DNA from: Megasphaera elsdenii DSM 20460
GTDB lineage: Bacteria; Bacillota; Negativicutes; Veillonellales; Megasphaeraceae
Direction of reading: 5' to 3'
DNA length: 32,000 nt
Assembly: GCF_003010495.1 (NCBI RefSeq)
Contig: NZ_CP027570.1
Span: 2,190,001 to 2,222,000, forward strand
The notes under the pieces were generated by a model. It was not told the origin of the DNA, did no database searches, and saw only the letters and a program-made list of their open reading frames with translations. A program made the position numbers and the translations under genes. Each line of letters begins with the position of its first letter. Within the stretch, counting starts at the first letter, position 1. This document shows, piece by piece, positions 24,293 to 32,000 of this stretch.

Positions 24293-24448
24293 ATGGGACT
24301 TTACTTAAATCCATGGGCAGAAGCGTTTCTGGAAGCCGTGAATCCTGAAATTTACGTCGATAAGACTGGACCACTTCAAACATCAAACACGCAACATCAA
24401 ACAATGAAACAAAAGAGATTGTGCATAATGGCAGAAGCCTGTGTGTGA
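24293..24448 (+). pseudogene. N-terminal remnant of an AAA-ATPase-like (PF09820-type, 'predicted AAA-ATPase / PD-(D/E)XK') gene
   Basis: MGLYLNPWAEAFLEAVNPEIYVDKTG resembles the characteristic N-terminus (...LNPG...F....N.EIYVDKTG...) of this roughly 500-aa family, as I recall it. The reading frame then diverges and stops after 51 codons. It keeps an RBS (AGGAGG) and a plausible promoter. Confidence 0.5.
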
Positions 24449-24548
24449 CAATCTCCTTCCTGTACTTTGTTGGCTGGATGTGGTAAAATGTTACAAGATT
24501 ATGTAGGCTAACAGACGTGAAATTTTATAAAGGAAAGGGACGCTGCTC

Positions 24549-25304
24549 GTGAGTTCACTCGCCATTTTGATTTTGACCAAAAACGAAGAAGACAACGTCG
24601 TCGATGTTGTCGAGAATGCCAAGAAATGTACCGATGAAGTACTGATCATCGATTCCGGGAGTACGGACAAGACCGCCGAACTGGCCAAAGAACATGGAGC
24701 CAAGGTCTGCTTCCGCGCCTGGACCGACGATTTTGCGGCCCAGCGCAATTTCGCCTTAGAACAGACCGATGCCGACTGGGTGCTCTACCTTGATGCTGAT
24801 GAACGCCTGAACGATGAATTGATTGGCGATATCCAGCGCATCATCGCCGACGGAAAAATGAATACACAATATGCAATTACGCGTAAATCCGTCGCCTTTG
24901 GCGTTACGTTTAACCACGGCGTCCTCGACCCGGATCACGTACGGCGCATGTTTCCCAGGACGACCGTCACTTGGGTCAACAAAGTCCACGAACATCCAGA
25001 ATGTGATTTGCCGGATAAGCGGTTGAAAGGCTATATCGAACATCACACCTATCGCGATTGGCATGAGTGGGAAGAAAAACTCTGCCTGTATACAACGATT
25101 TGGGCCGAAGATGCCTACAAACGCGGCAAGCGGACCTCGATGCCAGGTATCCTCATGCACAGCATCGGCGGCTTCTTCAAGATGTTCGTCCTCCGCAAAG
25201 GCTTCCTGGACGGCGGCATCGGTTCCTATCTATGCTGCACCCACTTTTTCTACACCATGTTGAAATATTTGAAGTTGCATGAGTTGCAACGGAAGGGAGA
25301 GTAG
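24549..25304 (+). CDS. Family-2 glycosyltransferase, KdtX/WaaE-like (LPS core type)
   Basis: LAILILTKNEEDNVVDVVENAKKCTDEVLIIDSGSTDKTAELAKEHGAKV...DWVLYLDADERL has the layout of the KdtX/WaaE GT2 subfamily. GTG start. Confidence 0.75.
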   Translation: MSSLAILILTKNEEDNVVDVVENAKKCTDEVLIIDSGSTDKTAELAKEHGAKVCFRAWTDDFAAQRNFALEQTDADWVLYLDADERLNDELIGDIQRIIADGKMNTQYAITRKSVAFGVTFNHGVLDPDHVRRMFPRTTVTWVNKVHEHPECDLPDKRLKGYIEHHTYRDWHEWEEKLCLYTTIWAEDAYKRGKRTSMPGILMHSIGGFFKMFVLRKGFLDGGIGSYLCCTHFFYTMLKYLKLHELQRKGE

Positions 25305-25310
25305 TAAATA

Positions 25311-26438
25311 ATGCGTGTGGCTATTTTGGAATCGATTGTCATGCCGGCGGGGCATGAAGTTGAATTTGACCGGATACTGGTCGAAGAACTGAAAAAACAA
25401 GGTCATGAACCGGTTTTCTTTGTGCCGGAACGATTTCCCTTTAAGCTGGACTATCATTGCGATGTCGATTATCTGGACGGGGGAGAAGTCGTTACCTATG
25501 CAGGAGCAGGGAAATTAAAAAAACTCTTCTTATCTTTGCGTAGAGAAAAGCGCCGGGTAGCTTGGTTTAATTCAGCCTATCAGAAAGCCTGTGCCCATCA
25601 TTGTGACGCTATTATCATTCCTACTGGTACATGGCGTTATATCCGGACCCTATTACATAGCCATCTGAAAGATTCACCCGTTCCGGTGTACATGGTTTTT
25701 CACGGTATTAACCCACACGAACAGCCAAAATTTGAAAAACAGGCTCATAAAATTATGCCTTATAAGCAGATTCACTTGAAAGTCATTACCTTGCGCAATG
25801 ATTTCCAGCACAGTGGTTTGACTAATTTAGATCTTATGGCACCTCCTGTTTTTAAACCCCAGGAATTACCAGTCCAGAAACATCTCTCCTTTAAGCCGCC
25901 AATTAAAATCGGCTTTTTTGGTCAATTCCGTAAAGAAAAAAATCTCGGGTTCTTTTTAGAAGCTTTTACAAAGGCTCGTTTTTCGGTCCCTGTAGAACTT
26001 ATCGTCCAGGGAGCAACGGCTAAACCTGAAGATGGTGAATTGTTTGAGCAATTTGCTCGGGACTATAAGGACTATAAAAATATTACTTTCTGGCATAAAA
26101 ATCTCATCGGTATTGAGTGGCAGAAAGCCTTGCTTAGTGTCGACGCTATCATGATGCCTTATGCTGCCGAACGGTATCGGTATCATTGGGGAGCGATGTT
26201 GTTTACGGCTATTGGTTTCTATAAACCCGTTTTGGCTTCACCGGAACTTAATCCGGAAGTATTACAGCAATTCAATATCGGTAAAGCCGTCGATTTGACA
26301 TCCATTCCGGCTTTTACAAAACAATTGGAAGAATTCATCGATGACTTAGTTCAGAATACCGAAGTGTACCAAAAAAATCTGGATGCGGCTAATGAGGCAT
26401 ACAGTCAGGAAAACTTGATTAAGAATATTTTGCGATAG
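25311..26438 (+). CDS. Putative glycosyltransferase (GT-B fold, GT1/GT4-like, divergent)
   Basis: The 375-aa product has a two-Rossmann-like layout (MRVAILESIVMPAGHE...; IKIGFFGQFRKEKN...ELIVQG) and sits in a glycosyltransferase operon. The canonical EX7E motif is not obvious, so the call is tentative. Confidence 0.5.
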   Translation: MRVAILESIVMPAGHEVEFDRILVEELKKQGHEPVFFVPERFPFKLDYHCDVDYLDGGEVVTYAGAGKLKKLFLSLRREKRRVAWFNSAYQKACAHHCDAIIIPTGTWRYIRTLLHSHLKDSPVPVYMVFHGINPHEQPKFEKQAHKIMPYKQIHLKVITLRNDFQHSGLTNLDLMAPPVFKPQELPVQKHLSFKPPIKIGFFGQFRKEKNLGFFLEAFTKARFSVPVELIVQGATAKPEDGELFEQFARDYKDYKNITFWHKNLIGIEWQKALLSVDAIMMPYAAERYRYHWGAMLFTAIGFYKPVLASPELNPEVLQQFNIGKAVDLTSIPAFTKQLEEFIDDLVQNTEVYQKNLDAANEAYSQENLIKNILR

Positions 26439-26440
26439 GA

Positions 26441-27655
26441 ATGAAAATGATGAAAATATCCGGTAAATTGTGTCTATACATATGGGTAAGTGCGCTTTCA
26501 CTTTCTCTCTTCTTTTTTTCAACGACTATTTCGAATGCAGGGACTAGTATCTCTTATTCAATTGCAATATTGATGACTGTTTTTATTTATTATCATCAGG
26601 GATATAAGCTTAGTTTTCCCGATAAACGATTTCTATATCCCTATTTAATTTTCTTTTGTTTATTATTTATTTCAACAATTGCTATTGCTGATAAAATCTC
26701 TTTGCACTATTTATGGAAATATTTTACATGGTCTTTCCCGTTTTTTTTTGTTTTATTATGCTAGCTGTGTTAGATGTAATTGTTTAATCAAGGTTTATCA
26801 AACAACTACCTTCGGAATATTGGTTGCATTTAGTGCTGTTTCTCTTTATTTATTTTTAACTTCTCCATTAGGAACTAGGATTACTGGATTTTCTAATCAA
26901 GCTAATTTATACGCTATACTTATTGAATCCGTCTTGCCCTACGGTGTTTTTTCGATGGTTATGATATGGAAAAATAAATTATACATTGAGAAATATAGTT
27001 ATGTGGTAAGAGTTTTACCATGTTTTATTGTTGTTTTGGGAATCATTAGTCTATTACTTACAAAGTCCAGAGGTGCTTGTGCTGGTTTTGGGATAAGCTT
27101 TTTGTTTTTATTAGCTATTCAAATTTGGATAAGAAAAAATAATTTCAGTCCAACTATGAAAAAAATTTTTTTAGCTTGTATAGTGACTTTCGGCTTTACT
27201 GGGATATTATTCTTACATACAGGATATTTATCAAGGGGATATGATGGTGAGCGGATTTTATTGTGGAAATCTAGTTATCAGATGTGGCAGGACCATAAAT
27301 TATTGGGAGTAGGTTTTTCTGATTGGAAAGTAGAGTATGATGATAAATACATTTCTCCTCATGCTAAGGAGCCTGGGTTAACAATGCCACATAATGTTTT
27401 TATTTCATTTTTTCCAGAACAGGACTTATAGGTGGGGCTGGCTATGTGATTTTTGTTCTTGGGGAACTTGCATTTCTTATACAAAGAATAAAAAATGACC
27501 CTAATGACTTATCATATCAAGCTATGTTATGGGCTTTTCTGACAATTACATTGCATGGATTGGTTGATGCGGGCATTACTAATAAATTTGCAATGCAAAT
27601 ATTTTTTTCTTATTCAGGCATTGTCCTTGGTATCCACCAGGGACAAAAAGCTTAA
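26441..27655 (+). pseudogene. waaL: O-antigen ligase-like (Wzy_C/PF04932) polytopic membrane protein, split into three frames by two poly-T frameshifts
   Basis: Three consecutive ORFs (26441-26764, 26679-27431, 27446-27655) are all hydrophobic and multi-TM, and contain TKSRGACAGF and MPHNVFISFF/(S)RTGLIGGAGYVIF (the H-N...E/R-x-G-x-x-G loop typical of ligases). The frame changes at T9 (26741-26749) and T6 (27408-27413). T8 and T7 would give one ORF of about 404 codons. Confidence 0.7.
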
Positions 27656-27681
27656 AAAAAATTCAGGTGTAGGAGTAGACA

Positions 27682-28704
27682 ATGGCTTTTAACGAATTTT
27701 CATTAGTAAGCATTATTGTACCTGTGTATAATGTACAGGCATATATAGATAGATGTATTAAATCTTTATTGCAACAAGAATATAAAAATATTGAAATTAT
27801 ATTGATTGATGATGGTTCAACTGATAACTCTGGAAAAATTTGTGATCAATATACTAGTGATAGGAGAATTACCGTTATCCATCAAAAAAACGGTGGATTA
27901 AGCAAGGCTAGAAATAAAGGGCTTAATTTAATGCACGGTGATTATGTAGCTTTTGTAGATAGTGATGATTTTGTTTCCCCTTACTTTATTTCTCATTCAT
28001 TGGCTGAGATGCAATGTAAGGTGGCAGATATTGTTGTTTTTGATTTTCTTCATGTTAAAAATCAAATTAAAAGCTATCCCATTCCTGATTTACATAAAAA
28101 ATATGAGTTTGAACTAATGTCAGGAGGTGACGAAATAAAAAAGTTAATACTTACCGATTCTATTCCTAATTACATGTGTAACAAATTATATAAAAGCAAA
28201 TTATGGAGAAATCTTGTCTTTCCCGAAAAATATACATATGAAGATTTGTTCATATGGCCAGAATTGATAAATAAGGCTAAGACAATTACTTATTTACCAG
28301 AAAGTCTTTATTACTATAATCAAGACAATTTAAATTCTCTTTCTAGCGCGAAGGCTTCTTTGAATTCTTTTAATCGTTATTGCCATTTCAAAGGATTACA
28401 AAGTCATCTGAAAATTTTGGAAAACTGTTTTATGGAGGGGGATTTGGAGTATATAATTATTGGAAAGACACTAAAAGAAGCAATTGAAGCGATTGTTACT
28501 GAATTTGGAAATGCTTCATTAACTCAGTCAGAAATGGATGAAATCATTTATTTTATAAGTTCTAAAAGAAAATTAATTGGCCGAAAAATAGGCTTTAAGT
28601 CGGCTATTATTGCTTGGAGCGTTTGTTATTGTCTACCTATAGTTAAGATTTATGGGAAATATCGATATAGGCATAAATTAAAAAAGTGTGGTGTGCGTAA
28701 ATGA
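27682..28704 (+). CDS. Family-2 glycosyltransferase
   Basis: VSIIVPVYNVQAYIDRCIKSLLQQEYKNIEIILIDDGSTDNSGKICDQY...GLSKARNKGL...YVAFVDSDD is the classical GT2 (GT-A, DxD) signature. Confidence 0.9.
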   Translation: MAFNEFSLVSIIVPVYNVQAYIDRCIKSLLQQEYKNIEIILIDDGSTDNSGKICDQYTSDRRITVIHQKNGGLSKARNKGLNLMHGDYVAFVDSDDFVSPYFISHSLAEMQCKVADIVVFDFLHVKNQIKSYPIPDLHKKYEFELMSGGDEIKKLILTDSIPNYMCNKLYKSKLWRNLVFPEKYTYEDLFIWPELINKAKTITYLPESLYYYNQDNLNSLSSAKASLNSFNRYCHFKGLQSHLKILENCFMEGDLEYIIIGKTLKEAIEAIVTEFGNASLTQSEMDEIIYFISSKRKLIGRKIGFKSAIIAWSVCYCLPIVKIYGKYRYRHKLKKCGVRK

Positions 28705-29879
28705 ATATTGCAATTCTATGTTTTGGAATTTCTTCTATATCTAATGTATCAGGAACTGAAAAGGTGTTTGTTGAAATGGCCAATCAATTTTGTCAAAGAG
28801 GAGCATCTGTTTTGGCTGTATGGAATGATCAACCAGGAGTGGTTCCATACTATCCTTTTTTGCCTGAAGTAAGTCAAATTAATTTAGGACTTGGAAAAAT
28901 TAAGGCCCCTATATTCTATAAAGTTCTTCGTGAGGTATCCAAAGGATTACATCTGAATCTTGTGAATCGAGTAGATGCATATAAAACAAAAAAGCTTTGT
29001 CAGGCATTTAAGAAAAAAATTAACTTATCGGAAATTGATGTTATGATTTGTTATGAATTTAATAGTATCATGGTGGCTAATCAGCTATCAAATGGAAAAA
29101 TACCTGTAATTGCAATGTGCCATAATTCTGTAGAAAATCAAATTGCTTCTTTGACTCCGCTACAACGAAAAGAAGCTAGTAAAGTGACGGCTTATCAGGT
29201 GTTGATTCCGAGCTTTGTCGACAAAGCAAAAAAGTTTTTAAATACAGATATTTATTGTATCCCGAATGTTGTAAAAGTTATTCCTGATAATCTAGTTGCA
29301 GACTTGTCTCATTGTAAAAAAACATATAAAATTATTATGATAGGTCGTATTGATTCTCATCAAAAAAGACCTCTTATTGCTATTCGTGCTTTTCTTAAAA
29401 ATGCATCACGCTTTTCGAACTGGCAATTACATTTTTACGGACCTATCACAGATTCAGATTATAAGAAAGAAATTGATGAGTATATTAATGTGCATGATTT
29501 ACGCCATCAAGTCATTTATAAGGGTATTACAGATATGCCTTTAAATGTTTTACATGATGCAGATATATTTGCTTTTCCTTCAGCCTATGAAGGGTTTCCG
29601 TTGGCATTAGCAGAAGCTAATTCGGTGGGACTTCCAGCTGTCGGTTTTGCTACTGCTCCAGCCGTAAATGAATTGATAAAAGATAAAGTTACTGGCTTTC
29701 TGGCAACTGATGAGGATGATTTTGCAAGAAAACTGGTATTATTGATGGATAATAAAGCTTTGAGAGTACAAATGGGTAAAGAAGCACGTGAGGAGATGAA
29801 AAAATATTCTCCCAGTGTTGTTTGGGGGCAATGGGACGCATTGCTTCAGAAAGTGGTTCATAAAAAGATGGATGAATAG
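28701..29879 (+). CDS. Family-4 (GT1 clan, GT-B) glycosyltransferase
   Basis: The C-terminal FAFPSAYEGFPLALAEANSVGLPAVGF...ELIKDKVTGFL is the EX7E retaining-GT4 signature. An ATGA overlap couples it to the upstream gene. Confidence 0.88.
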   Translation: MNIAILCFGISSISNVSGTEKVFVEMANQFCQRGASVLAVWNDQPGVVPYYPFLPEVSQINLGLGKIKAPIFYKVLREVSKGLHLNLVNRVDAYKTKKLCQAFKKKINLSEIDVMICYEFNSIMVANQLSNGKIPVIAMCHNSVENQIASLTPLQRKEASKVTAYQVLIPSFVDKAKKFLNTDIYCIPNVVKVIPDNLVADLSHCKKTYKIIMIGRIDSHQKRPLIAIRAFLKNASRFSNWQLHFYGPITDSDYKKEIDEYINVHDLRHQVIYKGITDMPLNVLHDADIFAFPSAYEGFPLALAEANSVGLPAVGFATAPAVNELIKDKVTGFLATDEDDFARKLVLLMDNKALRVQMGKEAREEMKKYSPSVVWGQWDALLQKVVHKKMDE

Positions 29880-29891
29880 AAAGGAGCTTTT

Positions 29892-30899
29892 ATGAAAACA
29901 TTTGATAAAAATTTTTTTAATTTGAATAATTTTGTATTATTTCAAAAAAAAATTTCTTTCAGTTCTAAAGATGATCAACGCATTGTGACACATGTTTGTT
30001 ATAATGTTAATGAAAATTTTATTCCTATTATGGGGACATCGTTAGTTTCAATTGTCAAAAATAATCCGGATATGGCATTTGTATTCCATATTTTTACGGA
30101 TGGATTTTCAAAACAAAGTGAAAATTATATTTCTCAATTCGCTCAAAAATTTCATTGTACTTGTATCCTCTATGTTTTAAATATGGAGCCGTTTAATGAT
30201 TTTCATATTAAAGTAGCTCGTTTTTCACGTATCACTTATGGTAGGTTATATATGCCTAAAGTATTAAAAAATGTTACTTCTCGTTTTATTTATGTAGATG
30301 CTGATACAATGTGTGTAAATTCCTTACATGAGTTGTGGACTTTAGATATGGACAAAAAGGCAATGGGAGCTGTTTCTGAAACCGAGGATGCAGTAAAATA
30401 CCGGGCTGGACACCTTAAATTAAAAAGTGGGAAATATTTTAATGATGGCATTATGCTTATAGACATAGAACAGTGGGAAAAGCAGCATATTACGGAAAAA
30501 TGTTTTTCTTATCAATCTGAACCAAGGGAACGATTTTTAGGACAAGACCAAGATATTGTAAATCTTGTTTTTGATGGAACAAATTATTTCTTACCCGGTC
30601 GATATAATGTATATGGCGGTGGATATAAGGCACCAAGTGATAGTGTTTTTATTCATTGGACAGGACGCCGGAAACCTTGGCAAATGGTATTGACGAATTT
30701 TGACGCACAGTGGCGGAAATACAATGCACTATCGCCTTGGCCTACTATTACTAATATTTTACCGATAAAAAAGCCTGAAAATTATCATGATTTCCAGCAG
30801 TGGGGACGATATCAGAAAGCACATGGAAACATGGCAGGATATTTTAAATGTATTTTTTGGTATTCATGGTTACGGATTCGCTATAAATTACATATTTAA
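29892..30899 (+). CDS. Family-8 glycosyltransferase (RfaI/RfaJ/WaaO-like LPS hexosyltransferase)
   Basis: GT8 motifs are RLYMPKVL, FIYVDADTMCVNSLHELW, YFNDGIMLIDIEQW, DQDIVNLVF and IHWTGRRKPW. Confidence 0.88.
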   Translation: MKTFDKNFFNLNNFVLFQKKISFSSKDDQRIVTHVCYNVNENFIPIMGTSLVSIVKNNPDMAFVFHIFTDGFSKQSENYISQFAQKFHCTCILYVLNMEPFNDFHIKVARFSRITYGRLYMPKVLKNVTSRFIYVDADTMCVNSLHELWTLDMDKKAMGAVSETEDAVKYRAGHLKLKSGKYFNDGIMLIDIEQWEKQHITEKCFSYQSEPRERFLGQDQDIVNLVFDGTNYFLPGRYNVYGGGYKAPSDSVFIHWTGRRKPWQMVLTNFDAQWRKYNALSPWPTITNILPIKKPENYHDFQQWGRYQKAHGNMAGYFKCIFWYSWLRIRYKLHI

Positions 30900-30917
30900 G
30901 TGATTTATGTTATCATA

Positions 30918-30961
30918 ATATAGCCCTTATAGATTACGATAATAATCTATAAGGGCTATAT
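30918..30961. terminator. Perfect 19-bp inverted repeat (probable terminator / cassette boundary hairpin)
   Basis: ataTAGCCCTTATAGATTAcgataaTAATCTATAAGGGCTAtat has only a weak T tract downstream (ctattttt). Confidence 0.55.
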
Positions 30962-31054
30962 CTAAACGGCTATTTTTAAGTCATCGTGATGGTTTAAATG
31001 TAATTTCATGGTATAATAAAGATATAATGTGTTAAAAGGAAAGTAGGAATTTAT

Positions 31055-32000
31055 ATGAATATAGCGATTGCTGGGACTGGGTATGTCGGTCTTTCAAATA
31101 GTTTGTTGTTAGCTCAGCATAATGATGTCATTGCTTTAGATATTATTCCAGAAAAAGTAGCTATGTTAAATGAAGGGAAGTCGCCGATTGTCGATAGCGA
31201 TATATCGGCTTTTTTGCAGCGTGATGATTTACACTTTAAGGCGACCTTGGATCCCGTAGAGGCTTTTACGGATGCGGATTTCGTTATCATTTCAACGCCG
31301 ACCAATTATGATCCGCAGAAGAATTTTTTTGATACGTCTTCTGTAGAAGCGGTCATTGAAGAAGTACTGGACATTAATCCGGAAACGGTTATGGTCATTA
31401 AATCGACAGTCCCTGTCGGCTACACTCATCATATCAAAGAACGCTACCATACCGAAAATATTATGTTCTCGCCGGAATTTTTGCGGGAAGGAAAGGCCCT
31501 GTATGATAATCTCCATCCGTCGCGTATTGTCGTCGGTGAACGGTCGGAACGAGCTAAAGTCTTTGCCCATCTGCTGGCCGAAGGCGCGGTGAAGAAGGAT
31601 ATCCCCATGTTGTTTACTGGTTCTACAGAAGCGGAAGCCATCAAGCTCTTTGCCAATACGTATCTGGCCTTGCGCGTAGCGTATTTCAATGAACTCGATT
31701 CGTACGCTGAAATGCGCGGCCTGAGTACAAAGGAAATCATCGAAGGCGTCTGCCTCGATCCCCGTATTGGTGATTTTTATAACAATCCTTCCTTTGGCTA
31801 CGGTGGATACTGCCTGCCGAAGGATACGAAGCAGCTTTTGGCCAATTATCAGAACGTTCCGCAAAACCTCATTTCGGCTATTGTTGCTGCCAACCGGACG
31901 CGAAAAGACCATATTGCTGATATGATTATCGCCAAGAATCCCAACATTGTCGGCGTTTATCGGCTGACGATGAAGAGCCATTCGGATAATTTCCGGGCCT
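31055..32000 (+). CDS. ugd: UDP-glucose 6-dehydrogenase (3' end beyond window)
   Basis: It is not in the ORF track because no stop occurs before nt 32000. My own translation from ATG 31055 reads [30 protein letters not shown]...[24 protein letters not shown]...[15 protein letters not shown]...[14 protein letters not shown], with the GxGxxG and catalytic GGxCxxKD motifs. The RBS is AAAGGAAAG. Confidence 0.9.
   Translation, partial: MNIAIAGTGYVGLSNSLLLAQHNDVIALDIIPEKVAMLNEGKSPIVDSDISAFLQRDDLHFKATLDPVEAFTDADFVIISTPTNYDPQKNFFDTSSVEAVIEEVLDINPETVMVIKSTVPVGYTHHIKERYHTENIMFSPEFLREGKALYDNLHPSRIVVGERSERAKVFAHLLAEGAVKKDIPMLFTGSTEAEAIKLFANTYLALRVAYFNELDSYAEMRGLSTKEIIEGVCLDPRIGDFYNNPSFGYGGYCLPKDTKQLLANYQNVPQNLISAIVAANRTRKDHIADMIIAKNPNIVGVYRLTMKSHSDNFRA

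Noticed and set aside
31114-31981. Minus-strand ORFs 31292-31981 (229 aa) and 31114-31305 (63 aa), the only ORF-track entries at the right end.
   Set aside because: They are antisense to an open plus-strand frame that translates into a textbook UDP-glucose 6-dehydrogenase. The track misses that gene only because it has no stop within the window.

Overview
The window looks like a chromosomal segment of a moderately high-GC Firmicute that also carries LPS-type genes. It is probably a diderm Negativicute, but that is inference only, since I could run no database search. Hand counts on single 60-nt lines give about 57% GC at 19801-19860 (core), 27% at 28701-28760, and 30% and 47% at 2041-2100 and 1381-1440 within cas2-3.

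Layout:
(i) 1-4.1 kb is the right-hand end of a subtype I-F CRISPR-Cas locus: the cas1 3' part and an intact cas2-cas3 fusion. No csy genes follow. Instead there is a two-repeat mini-CRISPR with a 20-nt spacer and its own promoter and terminator. This is my best candidate for an undescribed regulatory element.
(ii) 4.2-21.2 kb is the conserved Bacillus-type 'ylo' housekeeping cluster: yicC-remA-gmk-rpoZ-coaBC // priA-def-fmt-rsmB-rlmN-prpC-prkC-rsgA-rpe. It is interrupted between coaBC and priA by a 3-kb segment holding an unknown coiled-coil protein on the minus strand and SAM-I riboswitch-metK. Matching repeat modules bound that segment.
(iii) 21.2-23.8 kb is an FMN-riboswitch-controlled ribD-ribE-ribH operon with no ribBA.
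(iv) 23.8-24.5 kb is a 785-bp non-coding mosaic of GTAG-headed REP-like hairpins, 7-nt tandem arrays, a terminator and a gene remnant.
(v) 24.5-32 kb is an LPS/oligosaccharide glycosyltransferase cluster. It contains a very AT-rich cassette (26.4-30.9 kb) whose O-antigen-ligase-like gene is broken at two poly-T tracts. A 3'-truncated UDP-glucose 6-dehydrogenase gene follows; it is absent from the ORF track because it runs off the window.

Most long minus-strand ORFs in the GC-rich part are shadow ORFs. Coordinates of non-coding features were read by eye and may be off by a few nt.
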